From NCBI RefSeq assembly GCF_009914755.1, contig NC_060933.1: a DNA stretch of 64,000 nucleotides, one strand, 5' to 3'. The DNA comes from the human T2T-CHM13v2.0 reference genome, Homo sapiens. How positions within the stretch are numbered: position 1 is the first letter of the stretch; every line of letters begins with the position of its first letter. Below are positions 12,717-30,362 of this stretch, one piece after another. Made by a program: the position numbers and the translations under genes. The notes under the pieces were generated by a model. That model did no database searches, was not told the DNA's origin, and saw nothing but the letters and a program-made list of their open reading frames with translations.

Positions 12717-15104
12717 TGGATTATGTACTAACCTTTTAATTGGTCACCTGATATATATATATGGTCTTCCTAGTTCCCCTGCCCCATTATCTTGTATGCT
12801 GGTATCCAATTAATTATTTTAATATCTTTATTGAGATTCCATTTACATGCCATTAAGTTCATCTGTTTAAAGTGTGCAATTCAGTGGTTTTTAGTATGTT
12901 TACAGAGTTGTAAAAGTGTTAATCATAATCTAATTTTAGAACATTTTCTGCACCCCTAAAAGAACCTCCACACCCATTATTAGTCAGTCACTCCCCATTC
13001 GCTTAACCACCAGCTCTAGGCAACTACTCTCAACTAATTTTCATGTAAAACCCGGCTTTCCCTGTGCTGCTCTTCAAAAGGCCTTTAGTGTCTTCCTTGT
13101 CCATACGATGAAGAAAACATGTCTCACCTAGAATTCAAATTTTTCCATAATCTAGTTTTAGCCTACTTTTCCAACTTTGACATATACCCTTCCCCAGTCT
13201 GAATGTATCACTCTACCTAGGTTGCTACTGTTTATTCTTGAGAATGCCATGTGCATTATACCTTCCCTTTGCCTTCCACCATTCCTCTGTCTAAATCTAT
13301 TTATGCTCTGAGTCTTAACTTAAGTCCTACCCTATCAATAAATCCTTTAGCCTACAGTGAATTCTCCTTTCAATTTGAACTTCCATAGCACCTAGTGTTA
13401 TAAAACCATCTTTTGCTGTTTAATTGTAAACTGCCACATGGGACCCCTTCCCCTTGTGTTATTCAGCTTTTCATGTGTATATGCTGATTTTCTAAATTGA
13501 CTATAAGCTTCTTGAGGGCAAGGACCATGCATGCTTTTTTTTTTTTTTTAATATCCTCTGTAGCTTAGCTGAGCATGTAGCTATGTCCAGAAATAGTATG
13601 TACGTTTAATGGGATGAATAAAGTTGGCATTGAGCGGAATATTAGACTCTCTGAATTCGGACGTTGTCACAGGATTCAAAGCCTTATTAGACATGTTCAT
13701 GTTTTATATAGCCTCACTTTGCCTACAGCTTGATACCACATTCTTTCATTAATTCATTCAGTATATGTTTATTGGTGCCATACTTTTCTTATTAATTTCT
13801 CAAAACCTTGTTTTTAATTTGGTTAACTTCCTCTGACTGCTTTCACCTAGCTGAGTTCTCTTATAGCTTTCAGCTCTGCATTATTCTTGAAATTCCTTGC
13901 TGTTTAAAGAACTTCTTATGGTAGATTAGTACATTACCACAGCCTCTACAGACCTGCACCGTCCTATTACTAGGACTCTATCCTTATAGGACTTTATTAT
14001 CATAGGTTGGTGCATAATGTTATTCTCTATAGTCCCATTGTTATACCCTTTCATGACCATGTTCTGAGAAATGCTATGGGAGATGACCACTTTCCTCAAT
14101 TCACTTATGGCCTGATTGGGAATGTAGAGTGGCATTTTTAGTTTGAAACTGTAGCAAGAAAAGTATATTTGATCTCAGTTATTTGGCTTCTGATAAACTA
14201 TTTCTCATCAAAGCTAAATTACTTCAGGAAAGTCTTCTGCTTGGATCACAAGTATTAATAAATAAAAGATGTGATAATTAAGTTTTGACCTCTGTTAGGA
14301 AACACAGGATAGGACTACTGCAGACAGCCCAGTTCACTAAGGAATTCAAGATGGAAACCTTTATTGGATAATAATTTTGTCAATGGAAAACAACAAAGAT
14401 ACAATTTATAACTGTTTTTTCTCCCTTTACCAGGAGAAAATTAGAATTTATTCATTTAACAAACATTTGTTGAGCACGGAACAATACTTGGTAATACTTA
14501 TTTATTAAGTACTTATTGTTTGCCAGGCATTTTTCTAAGTTCTGTACACACTTACATACTTAATACACTAAATATATTATCTCATTTAGGCCTCAAAACA
14601 ACCCTAAAAGAAGTAGACATCACTGTCATCTTCATTTCTCAGATTAAAAACCTGAGGGCCAGAAATAGTTAAGTAACTGCCTTTGGGTCACACAGCTAGA
14701 GAGTGTTGTAACCAGGATTCAAACCTAGGCAGTCTGGCCCTAGAGCTGTGTGCTTAGCCATTATATGTACTACATTCTAAATGTTAGGAGTTATACAGAA
14801 ACGAATAACACAAGCAGCTAGATTATTAAGGAGCTCACAGTCTTATGGTAGAGGCTGACTTAAAAAACCCAAATAGCAATAAAACAGGCAGTATTGTGAG
14901 TGTTATAATAGAGGAGTAAGTGCTCAGGATCATAGCAGCCCAAAAGAGAGCTTGATTTCTTTTGCAATGGCAGAATTATAGTATGGGAGCTGGAAGAGAC
15001 CTTATAAGCCCTTTGATGACAGAATATGTTTTCATTTTTGTATTCCCAGCACCTAACAGAGTACCCAGCATATACAAGGTGATCAGTAGATGATAAATTA
15101 GTGA

Positions 15105-15415
15105 TCTGTTTTGCACTTTCCATTATGATAGCTACTAGGCTCGTGTGGCTATTGAGCACTTGAAATGTGGCTAGTCAGAATTTAGATCTTTTGTGGGTGT
15201 AAAATATCAGAATTTGGAGACTTATTTTAAAAAGTAAAAATGTCTCAATTTTTAATATTGGTAGTATGTGAAAATGATATTTATTGGCTATAGTGGATTA
15301 AAATATATGATTAAAATTAATTTACTTGTTTCTATTTACTTTTTAAAATCTGGGCTACTAGAAAATATAAAATTACATATGTGTCTTGTACTATACCTAT
15401 GTTGGGTAGTGCTGG
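15105..15415. mobile_element. MER3/MER33-like DNA transposon
   Basis: gctactaggctcgtgtggctattgagcacttgaaatgtggctagt. Confidence 0.65.
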
Positions 15416-17100
15416 TCTCATTCAGTTCCCTCAGAGAGAAGAAGTGATTTGAACGAGGTCACAAAGCAGTAAAGACATTTTTTAAATTGAGAATTTATAT
15501 GTTAGGTTCCCTGACTTTTAGGTCTATTCTCTTTCTAGGCATAAATTAAATTAGCACAATGTAAATATATACACTTTGAGGAAAAATAATATCATTTTGG
15601 TCTGATTTCTCTCTGCTTTAGTTCCACTGTCACTGACCTTAATAATCATTAAGGTTTTTTTCTGTCTATATGTAAATTTTGATCCTCAGAAAATCCGCGT
15701 TTTTGGTTCTCAGGGTTTTTTTACACTTGGCACCTCTATTCTCACTTCTCCCTTGATCTTCCTCTTGATCTTCTCCATACACATACATATAACTCACTAT
15801 TTCATTCCTTTTTAATTTGTTTCCATTAACATTAAAAAATTTTATTAATACCTTTTATTTGTATTTTGGGGAGATAGGCCCTGTGATGTTACATGATGTG
15901 CTATATAAATAGCTGGTTGTTTTGGTGGTATTGTACATGCATTTGTTATCTCCTTTAGTCCTCTCAAAACTGCATGAAGTATAGGTCCTATTATTCTGAA
16001 TTTATAGTTATGAAGTCTCAGGTTTAAGAGGGTAGTATACTGCAGGTACGGCTGTAGTGCACAGAGTCTGTTAGCTAGAACTGTGTAAGATAGAAATGGC
16101 AGGAAGCCTGGGGATTTTTCCTGCACATGGACAGGCCTGTAAATATTGCGGAATTCTGGGTCCTTTGAGCTTAGGATTAATGTATTGGTGCATATACCAA
16201 AAAAAGTACAAAAATCCATTCCCAAATTTATTTGTGTATGTGTGTGTGCATATGTGAGTGTGTGATGTATATACAGAGAATGAATGAGTGAATGAATCTG
16301 ATTTTGAAGACCAAGTTCCTATGTTTTCATCTTTCCTGACCTGTTCCATCTCTCCTTCCTGACTCTCTTCATTTTCTTCACTTCAGTTCAGTTCAAATCA
16401 TTATACTTAAGTCTGAGCAGATGTTCATCAACATGTTGACAGTGTTTTATTTTTGGAGAGCGAAATCTCAGGTTATTTTGAATTTCTTTTTTAACCTCTG
16501 TATTACTTGAATTTTTAAAATAATGACCATATACTAAGAAAAACTATATGAAAAGAGCAGCAAAGCTATTTTCACTTGGGAAAAAAATCAATGTGCTTGT
16601 TAATTTTCATTCCAAAAATAAACCTTTAACCCTAAAATTTCAGAGTCCCTTAATTTGCTCTCTGTCATTCAGTGTTCTTTGGCCTCAATTTCATAGCCCT
16701 CAAATAAATGATTAAGTTCATTCCCCAAAAGCCAATTCTATGTACACCATCTGTCTGTCACAGAGGTGAACTTTCTTTTAGAGCATTTATTTCTTTAGCA
16801 AAGGTGTTTAGTTTTCTTTGCCAGATTGTTTTTAAACAACAGTAACTCCTAGCAGTCACATTCTGCAAATATTTTTAAATGCTTTGAATCTAAACAGTTT
16901 ACCTGCTGTGTTTATGGCATAATAGGAATTAGAAGAGACCCTGGATCTTATCTAACCCCCTATCTGATAAATTTTCTTTTCAAATTGCCAGTAGGTGGTT
17001 GACAGTGGGTGAATTCATTTGCTGTTTCAGAACATTTGAAAAGTCCTTATTTTTCAGCTTGCGTTTCATTGTTGAACGATCTGGTTTATGTTCTTTTAAG

Positions 17101-17224
17101 ATGCTAGTGATCAAAGAGAAGATGTTTATATTGGAAACCACATGCCTTGCCCTGAAAACCTCAATGGTTACTGCATCCATGGAAAATGTGAATTCATCTA
17201 TTCTACTCAGAAGGCTTCTTGTAG
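17101..17224 (+). CDS. TMEFF1: TMEFF1 coding exon (N-terminal part of the EGF-like domain)
   Basis: ttcttttaag| acceptor and TAG|gtaagt donor; encodes DASDQREDVYIGNHMPCPENLNGYCIHGKCEFIYSTQKASCR. Confidence 0.97.
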
Positions 17225-18322
17225 GTAAGTCAGCGCTTCCAGATCAGTGGTGAGCATTTTTTTTCATCAATGGTTGTTGCTCTATAGAAGGGAATGAAAT
17301 GTAGACTAAATATTACCAGAAAGTAGTGTTTATTTGCAGTAGACAAGTAAAAAACAAATCAGCAGCATCATTTGGAAAAAAAAACTGGCAAGTAATATGC
17401 AGAAAACAAAAATCTTTTTTTTTTTTAGGGCTTAACATTTTAAATATAATACTATACATTTTTAATATAAAAAATAAATGTGCCACATTCCAACACTATT
17501 TTGGTTTTTAGGCAATCTGTCACAAGGTGGCTGAGGGACTAAAGACTGTATTAAGAACAGAGAACATGTAACTCAAATAAAATATGTGCTAAAATAGATT
17601 TCTAAAAATAAGGGGATGGGGACGAAGAACCAGGTGTGAATTGAGAGATGAAAATGGAAAGGGCGTAAATCCTCAAATCCCTGATTCCAGAGAGGTTATG
17701 TAACTTGTTCAAGGTCAACAGCAAGTTAGAAATAGAGCTGGGAAAAAACTAAGTCTCAGACTTTCCGATACCCTACCTGATGATCTTAGTGTTTTTTGCT
17801 GCTCTTGCCTGTCTGCGGATACACCTTTTTGCTGCTGCTGCTAGAAGCTCATCATCTGCTTGATGTTGGTCTAGTTAGCCAGGTGATGTTTCTATAGACA
17901 AGGGGACATTGCTGTCATTTTGCTCACCCTTGCCTCCTGGAGTTTGACCAGATCCTTTTTTTCCTTTCTTAGTCAAAACATCGAAACATGGAGAAATACT
18001 ATACTTTTCTTTTGTTTGGTCCACCTAGAAGCCAGTGAATCTTTCTTTCCAAAAAAATAAGAGGAAGCAATTGGAAATCCAGTCTCTTGGGTCCTTCTAC
18101 TTCTTTAGCTCCCTGCTCCTGATTTTTTTCATCTGCCTTTCTCCTGCTTAAAAAAACAAGAAACAAAACAAAACACTGTAAACTGTTAATGGTTGAATAG
18201 TTCTTTAAGACATTTGCTTTTTCCTGATTGAAAGTTCTCCTTGTCTTTGAAGGAGCTAGCCTTCTCTTCTTTTTTTTGTGAACATTTAAAAAATCTAGCT
18301 GTACGAATGGTAACAGGCCAGG

Positions 18323-18951
<629 letters not shown>

Positions 18952-19769
18952 CAGGCCAATTTTTAAACTAAATCTTATAGTGGGCTCTTCATGTTTGTCC
19001 TACAGTGGCATGGATAGCTTGATAGAAGTTTGGATCTTGTCCTCTTAGGATGGTGCGTCTTTCAAGATACTTAAATGAAGGACGAGAGAGAGGATCATGT
19101 TCTGGTAATGATGTGATACAAGGTCATTTTCTAGTATTTTACTAACTGAAAGTAAGAGGATTGAATGGTGTACAGGTTAAAGGCTTTGAAATTGGATACA
19201 CTGACCTGGCCAATTATTAGCTGTGTGTTCTTTGGAAGTTACGTAAAATATCTAAGCCTCATTTTCATCTTTCTGAAAGTAGAATAGTAATAGTACCTAT
19301 CTCATGTTGTTAAAATTAAGTGAGATAATATATGTAAAGTGCTTAGCCTGATACCTGGTATGTAGTATGTACTTAATGAATAGCAATTGATATCATTATA
19401 CTCTAAGCCCGTTAGTCAGGGGCTCTTTGTTTTGTTAACCACTATTTTCCCTGTGCCTAGTATAGGACCTAGCCCAGTAGGTACTCAGTAAATATTTTTT
19501 GAATGACCTGTGATGATGATAAATTTTTAAGAGGAATATCTTAAATGCTAAAGAATCCCTTTTCTGCACAATTATAACTCCTTAAAAGCAGTTGATCTTT
19601 TTCTTTTGTCTGAGTCTGTGCAGTGTCTATAGGAATCAGGCCATGATATCATGTGCACTTCTGCTAGTAGGTAGGTGTGTTTGCATAGCAGTAAACAGGC
19701 AAGGATAAACAGCCTTTAGCCACAGTCCTATTGTTAGGTTAAAATCTTCTAGCATTATGGTACCACTGA

Positions 19770-20089
<320 letters not shown>

Positions 20090-20879
20090 TGATTGATTGG
20101 TTGATTGACTTATTAATGCCAAATTCTCCCTGATATTGGGGTGTCAAATTCAACTATGACAGAGATCCAGGGATCTTGCCTTTAAAAAGCATACAACCTG
20201 GTGAAAGAGACCGACAAATAAGTAATTATAATATGGAAAATGCTATCATACACAGCTATACATGAGGCGATTTGGGACTTCAGAAAAGGCACATCAGCCT
20301 GAAGATGGGTGGGGGACATTGTTGGAGGAAGGGTCAGGTCTTACAGGAACATTTGGGCCATCCCAGGAGCTTGGCTTTTATTTTAAAGGCAGTGAGAGAC
20401 GATTAGAGGATTTTAAGTAGCAATGATGAGATCAAATCTGAAAGCCACTCTGGTGACATTGTGGAAAGTAGATTAGAAAATTTAGGAGACTTAGTAAGAA
20501 GTAAGGGCCTGAATTAAGTATAAAGGAGTTGTGAGGCTGAGAAAATAAATGGATTGCAGAGAGATCATTAGGTGGTTGAACTCACAGATGTTGGTGACCG
20601 ACCTGTTAGGTTGGATATGAGCACGAGAACCTGGGGATTGGTGGAGGTTAGTGGGATTAAGAGTCAGGAGAGTCTCCTGGCTTTCTGGCTAACACAGGAT
20701 TGAGTGGGAAATGCATTGGGAAGAGGGAGAAGGTTTGAGGGGGAATGATATATTCAGTTTGACGTGCTTGGTCTAAGATGCCTGTGGGATATCCGCTTAC
20801 AGATGTCTAGTGGGCTGCTGGATATATTTTAGTTTTGGAACTGATGAGAGAGATGTGATTGAAGACATACATTTGAGAA

Positions 20880-23335
<2,456 letters not shown>

Positions 23336-23469
23336 TGAATGGGATTGCCTGTGGAAGGTGTTTTGGGATGAAAATAGAAAGTGGAGGACTGAATCCCTGG
23401 ATCTGCCTTTAATCAGTAACAGAAGAAGAAGTAATAACCTAGAAGTTAGTACTCTAGGTATTAGGAGAG

Positions 23470-23835
23470 TGTATTAGTCTGTTTTCACTGCTAATAAAGA
23501 CATACCCAAGACTGGGCAATTTACAAAATAAAGGGTTTAATTGGACTTACAGTTCCACGTGGCTGGGGAGGCCTCACAATCATGGGGGAAGGCAAAGAGG
23601 AGCAAGTCACATCTTACCTGGATGGCAGCCAGTAAAGAGAGGGCCTGTGCAGCAAAACTCCAGTTTTTAAAACCATCAGATCTCGTGAGACTCATTTACT
23701 GTCACAAGAACAGTGCAGGAAAGACCTGCCCCCATAATTCAATCACCTCCCACTGGGTTCCTCCCACGACACATGGGAGTTGTGGGAGTTACTATTCAAG
23801 ATGGGATTGGGGTAGGGCACAGCCAAACCATATCA
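23470..23835 (-). mobile_element. THE1 solo LTR
   Basis: tgtattagtc...gccaaaccatatca; TSD gagag/gatag. Confidence 0.92.
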
Positions 23836-24319
23836 GATAGTATAACCAAAAGTCAGTTGGAGAAAATGATATCCAGGGAGAACTGCAGGGATGATATATG
23901 GCCTATTGGTTCTTTTTGATACTCTGATTTTAATCTTTGGCTTAAGCCAAACCATTAGAGAGCTGCATATCTAGGACATTGTTACAGCTCCTTATGGAAC
24001 TGTTTTTATATTACTGAGCTTTGACTATTGGCCATTAGCCTACCATGAAGGACATTATTTAAAAAATCCCATGAGACTTCATTATATCATTGAATTTACT
24101 GCAGCTGTGTTGTTGAGGATAATGTTCTTTATGTTAGAAGGTGCCCTCTTTAAATGAGGACCAATGAGATTAAGTTCCCTTAAGTTTCATAACAGTAATA
24201 ACTGTGCTTCTTTTGAATGACTTGTTTGATTTTATTTTATGGAGATTGTATTTTGTGTCAACTGTCCTCCCTCCCTCCTTCCTTCCCTCCCTCTCTTCCT
24301 TCCTTCCTTCCTTCTCCAT

Positions 24320-26335
24320 TGGTGTTTAATATATGCACAGAGTTGTGCAACCATCACCACAATCAATTTTAGTACATTTTCATCTCCTCAAGAGGACACC
24401 TCATACCCTTTAGCTTTTACTCCCAAATCCCCTCATGCTCTCTAGCTCTAGGCATCCGCTAATTTATTTTCTATCTCTATAGACTTACCTATTCTGGATA
24501 GTTCATGTAAATTGAACTATATAGTATGGGGTCTCCTGTGTCTAGCTTTTTTTAACTTAGCGTAATATTTTCCAGGTTCATCCATGTCATAACACATATC
24601 AGTACTTCATTCCTTTTTGTGGCTGAATACTATTCCATTGTATGGATGACACCACATGTTTTTAATCTACTCATCATCAGTTGATGAAAATTTAGGTTCT
24701 TTCCACTTTATGGTTATTATGAAAAATGCTGCTCTGAATGATCATTTGCAAGTTTTTGTGTGAACGTGTTTTAATTTCACTTGGGTAAAGCTTAGTGGTA
24801 GAATTGCTGGGCCAAATGGTAACCCTGTGTTTAACATTTTGAGGAGCTGCCAGACCGTTTTCCAAAGTGGCTGCACCATTTTACACACCCTACAGTACCT
24901 TTGACAACACTTGTAATTATCTGACTTTTTGATTTAGGCTATCGTAGTAACTGTAAAAACTGGCATATACGGTGGCTTTGATTTTTATTTCCATGATGGC
25001 TAATGATGTTGAGCATCTTTTCATGTGCTTATTGGCTATTTGTATATCTTCTCTGGAGAAATGTCAGTACACATCCTTTGCTCTTTTATTTTTTGGCTAT
25101 TATTGAGTTGTATTAGTTATTTATATATTCTAGATATAAGTCCCTTATCAGATATATGGAACTTACTTTTTTTTTCCATTTTGTGGCTTGTCTTTTCACT
25201 TTCTTGATAATGTCCTTAAGTACAAAAGATTTTAATTTTGATTTAGTGCTATTTATCTTTTTTGTTGTTGTTGTTGCTTTTGATTTTTGGTGTCATATCT
25301 AAGAAACTGTTGCCTAATCTAAGGTCACAAAGATTTACTCCTATGTTTTATTCTCTTCTAAAAATTAAATTTATTTAAAAATTGACAAAATTATGTATAC
25401 ATATTATGTACATCATATTTGGAAATATATATACATTGTGAAATGTCCAATCAAGCTGATTAACATATGCATTACCTCACATTGTTACCACTTTTGTGGT
25501 GAGAACACTTAAAATCCTCAGCATTTTCCAAGAATACACTGCATTGTTAACTATAGTCACCATGTTGTACACTACATTTCTTGAACCTATTCCTCCCATC
25601 TAACTGAAATTTAGTATCCCCTGACCAACATGTCCTCAAAGCACCTCCTACCACACCAGTCCCTGGTAACCACTATTCTACTCTCTACTTCTATGAGATC
25701 AACTTTTTTAGGTTCCACATATGAGTGGGATCACTCAGTATTTGTCTTTCTATGCTTGGCTTATTTCACTTAATATAATGTTCTGGAGGTTCATCCATGC
25801 AAATGATAGGATTTCCTTCTTTTTTATGGCTGAATAGTATTCCATTTTGTATATATACCTCATTATTTTATCCATTTATTTGTTAATGGACACTTAGATT
25901 AAATCCATATCTTAGCTATTGTGAATAATGCTGCAATAAACGTGGTAGTGCAGATATTTCTTCAATATACTGATTTTATTTCCTATAGTTATATACCCAG
26001 TAATGAGATTGCTGGATCATATGGTAGTTTTATTTTTAATTTTTTGAGGAACTTCCATACGGTTTTCCATAATAACTGTATCTTATGTTTTTTTTCTTCA
26101 GAGTTTTATAGTTTTAGCTCTTACGTTTAGATCTGCGATCCATTTTGAGGCAATTTTTGTGTATGACACGAGGAAGAGGTCTAGCTTCATCCTTTTGTGT
26201 GTGGATATCCAGTTAGCACCATTTGTTGAAGAAACAGTTCTTTCCCCATTGAGTTATCTTAGCACCCTTGTCAAAACCAATTGACCATAGATGTATGGGT
26301 TTATTTCTAGGCTCTCCATTCTCTTCCATGATCCA
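24320..26335 (-). mobile_element. L1M (L1MB-like) 3' region with a nested L1MA-like 3' end (~25360-26080)
   Basis: antisense L1 3' UTR/ORF2 motifs (gctgaata(c/g)tattccatt twice); c(c/t)tatgtttt duplicated at ~25341 and ~26082. Confidence 0.75.
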
Positions 26336-27277
26336 CATACCTGCCCACTGCTTGTTTTTTTTTGTTTGCTGGAAAGCGTAGAGCCCAATGTGAAATGTAC
26401 TGGGAAGTGTCTAGGAACCTCAGGGACTGGATTGGTAGACTTGCAGCACCCCTGGATTTCCCTGTTTCCCTCCTCCCACATTTCTTTTTTGTTGTTTTAA
26501 TGTGTGCTTTGCGATAAGCTGCCTCAAATTCTTTTCTTAATGAGTTGTGGGACATTCATAAATACTGTTTTTATACTTCAAATGTTTTATTAATCAGTTC
26601 TCACTGAAGGCTGGCTAATTTATACATTTCACTGCTGTCAGCTTAAAAATGTAAATTGTCTGTTAAGTGTCTTAAATATTTCTCCCTGTCAAATTATCAT
26701 CAGCTGATGCAGTTGTCTTTTTATCTACTTTTAATTGGAATTCAGATAATTTCCAAGATTAGCACCTACAGCTTACCTCCTTGACTGCTTGACATTGTTT
26801 CTGTTATTAATAACTTATTTTCATCTTCCCCTTGCATCTTACATGTTTATATTTTATACACTGAAAAGTGTCTTGAATATAATTTGGTGCTATGTTCAGA
26901 GGACTGTAAATGTTTATACCTATTTTTTCAATAGTCTTAATTTTCAGGTACTTAGCCCTAAGGAATAACACTAAATATAGAAAAGCGCATATTCACCAAG
27001 ATGTTTACCACATCTAATTTATAATTGTGAAAAATTGAAAATAACTGACATGTCTTAGAACTGGGAATAGATATGCTAGCTATATTATAGTCACTGGATG
27101 GAGTATTATATTTCTGTTTTGAAATTATATGTATCTATTTTGAAAAAAATGCTAAGAGAGTAGATTTTAAGTGTTCTCACCACAGACATGATAACTATAT
27201 GAGGTAATGCATATGTTAATTAGCTTGATTTAGCCATTCCACAATGTCTATACATTTCCAAATATCATGTTGTACAT

Positions 27278-27816
27278 CAGTGGTCCCCAACCTTTTTGTT
27301 GCCAGGGACTAGTTCCGTACAAGACAGTTTTTCCATGGACTGGGGATTGGGGGTGGGGGTGATGGTTTGGGGATGATTCAAGTGCATTACATTTATTGTG
27401 CACTTTATTTCTATTATTATTACATGGTAATACTTAATGAAATAATTATACAACTCACCATAATGTAGAATTGGTGGGAGCTCTGAGCTTGTTTTTCCTG
27501 CAATTAGACAGTCCCATCTGGGGGTGATGGGGGACGGTGACAGATCCTTAGGCATTAGATTCACATAAGGAGCACTCAACCTAGATCCCTTGTGTGCGCA
27601 GCTCACAATAGGGTTTGCGCTCCTATGAGAATCTAATGCCAGTGCTGATCTGACAGGAGGCGGAGCTTGGGTGGTAATGTGAGTGATGGGGAGTAGCTGT
27701 AAATACAAAGAAGCTTTGCTTACTTGCCCACCACTCACCTCCTGCTGTGTGGCCTGGTTCCTAACAGGCCATGGACCAATATCTGTCCATGGCCCGGGAG
27801 TTGGGGGGGATCCCTG
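27278..27816. mobile_element. MER1A (hAT/Charlie MITE) inserted in an L1MA 3' end
   Basis: TIRs cagtggtccccaac...gttggggggatccctg; perfect 8-bp TSD TTGTACAT (27270-27277 and 27817-27824). Confidence 0.9.
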
Positions 27817-28219
27817 TTGTACATGATAAATATACGTAATTTTATTTGTCAATTTTTAAGCAAATTTAATTTAAAAAGTGAAAAAAAGGAGTAAATCTTT
27901 GTGGCTTTAGATTAGGCAATAATTTCTTAGATATGACACCAAAAGCAAAAGCAACAATAACAAAAAAAGATATACATTAACAATATTCAGCAACTTTAAA
28001 ATTAATGTGATATAACTTAGGTGAAAGACGCACCATGTAGGCATATCAGAAAGACAGTAGGGAAACATACAAATGACATTTTTCCCCCAGATGGTAGGAA
28101 AGTGCATGATATCCTATTCCTGTTTAAATTTTATTACTATTTTGTATTTTTTAATGTAAAAGCTTGGGAGTATCAAAATTTGTAATTTTCATAGGAATAT
28201 ATATATTTTTCCTTTTCAG

Positions 28220-28378
28220 ATGTGAATCTGGCTACACTGGACAGCACTGTGAAAAGACAGACTTTAGTATTCTCTATGTAGTGCCAAGTAGGCAAAAGCT
28301 CACTCATGTTCTTATTGCAGCAATTATTGGAGCTGTACAGATTGCCATCATAGTAGCAATTGTAATGTGCATAACAAG
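28220..28378 (+). CDS. TMEFF1: TMEFF1 coding exon (end of EGF domain plus transmembrane helix)
   Basis: ttccttttcag| acceptor and AAG|gtaggt donor; encodes CESGYTGQHCEKTDFSILYVVPSRQKLTHVLIAAIIGAVQIAIIVAIVMCITR. Confidence 0.97.
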
Positions 28379-28684
28379 GTAGGTAATGATGTAAGAAATA
28401 TCAACTTTAAATTAGAGGCAGGCAACTGTTTATTTATAGATGCTTTGAGGCCACCAGTCTATTAGGAAAAATCTTATGATCAGTTCCCTGAGGTTTTCAG
28501 TGGTCTCTCCCTATCCTTCTTCTTTAGGATACGGGCAGGGACTAATTCCCAGTCTTACAGGTATATCTGGGCGACAAGCAGAGAGGGAATGAGAATAGTC
28601 AATGAGATAAAGGAATTTAGGGATCTGAGAACTGTATACAGTCTTTGAACACTGTATTCTGGGAAAATAATGTTAGTAGCAATC

Positions 28685-28833
28685 TTTTTTTTTTTTTTTT
28701 AAGAGACAGGGCCTCACTCTGTTGCCCAGGCTGGAGTGCAGTAGCAATTAGAGCTCATTGCAGCCTCAAATTCCTGGGCTCAAGTGGTCCTCCAGAGTAG
28801 CTGAGACTATAGGCGTGAACCACCCTGACTGGC
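28685..28833 (-). mobile_element. Old Alu monomer/fragment
   Basis: poly-T then gagacagggcctcactctgttgcccaggctggagtgcagt. Confidence 0.85.
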
Positions 28834-30097
28834 TCAGAATTTCTAGAATGATCTGCACATGCATAGGAGATCCATGCAGAAGATTTTTAAGCCCTGCACA
28901 ACTGCAAGGGGTTCTGTGCCCTAAGAATGTACTTTACTCACAGTTAGTATAGTAAGAAAGGAAGAAATCAGAGGCTGAAGATAGTTTTATTGTGATATCA
29001 TGGTGTTAACATTACTTCATTTTCAGGATTGCAGCGATAAGTAATAAGCTTTAAAATTCTGTATTATAAATAAAATTATTCGTCATAAATTAAATGACTT
29101 ATTTGGAGTGCAGTGGCATAAAATGGGTCTTTTCTAAACTGAGTAGAAATACATAAGTCAGACTGAACTGGGCCTGAGAAAAGTCAGAGTAAATCCAGCA
29201 AGTTCGTGTTGTCTTTGTGCTTCCCAGTCTAATGCTTTTCTTCCTGCTTACCTCTTTCTTTAAGCTTCAGTTCAGAAGTCTCATAAGCATCATTTCTCCA
29301 CTTCCCTGCATTATTCTGGGCAGAGGGTTGAAGCATATCAAATACAGATATTGGCAGGCCATAATGGATTTGTGGCCCTTCTATCCAAGGTCTGGATAGA
29401 AGCCAGACCTTCAGTAGTCTCAGCCATCTGGAGCTGAGATGATAAATCTAGAAATGATAAAAAAGAAAAGGTTCTCCAAGTAACAGATATTTTTCATAAC
29501 ACCTAGGCATGAAAGTCAGTGCGCTTTATTTCACAGAACAGATGATCTGCCCTTAGGCAAGACTACTGAATATAAAATTGGACGGTAGATCAAAGTAGGG
29601 ACATAATCATGTAACAAATAATGATAACAGAAAGAGAAGATAGGGAAAACACATTTAACAGCATGACTGGCTGTAGCCATTTAATATAGACTCAGAGGTT
29701 AAGTAATTTGTCTGTGGTCATCCGACTAGTAAGTGGAATTGTCTGGATTTGGATTCAGTTTGATTCCCATTCATTCTTTACACTGAAAGGTTCCATGTTG
29801 AGTCATCTTGGGAAACTTGTTTGCCCAGTATGACCATTGCATGGGAGCAGGGTTCAAACTTGATTTTGTAGCAGTTTAGGGTTTTTGAGCAGGGGAAGGA
29901 CTTGGTATAAACCATATTTTTCAGAGTATTAATGAGTCATCTGAAAAATTCATTGGAGTAGTGAACATATGAGGTAGGGGGAAGACCATTTAAGTCATTA
30001 TTAGAGTTAAATAGGAGTGAGGTAATGAATGATTTGGAAGGCAGAAGGAAAATTAAGGTAAAGTAAGGGGAGATGTTTGAGGCCTGGAGATAGTGCC

Positions 30098-30362
30098 TTT
30101 ATTTGAGACAGGGTCTCACTCTGTCATTCAGGCTGGAGTGCAGTGGCATGATCTTGGATCATTGCAACCTCCACCTCCTGGGCTTATCTCAACCTCCCGA
30201 GTAGCTGAGACTACAGGCATGCGCCACCATGCCTTGCTAATTTTTGTATTTTTTTTTTTGTAGAGACTGGGTTTGGCCATGTTGCCGAGGCTGGTCTTCA
30301 ACTCCTAGGCTCAAGTGATCCACCTGCCTCGGTCTCGCAAAGTGCTGGGATTGTGCCCAGCC
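30098..30362 (-). mobile_element. AluJ-like SINE
   Basis: dimer with deletions; TSD AGATAGTGCC. Confidence 0.88.

Noticed and set aside
27342-27372. G-quadruplex-like G runs
   Set aside because: Inside MER1A, one long loop, and no evidence of function
27277-27852. 191-aa minus-strand ORF, the longest non-genic ORF
   Set aside because: Coincides with the MER1A MITE; no splice or promoter support and no recognisable domain
28245-28247. His instead of the conserved Arg in the EGF domain (YTGQHC)
   Set aside because: A known tomoregulin-family feature, not novel
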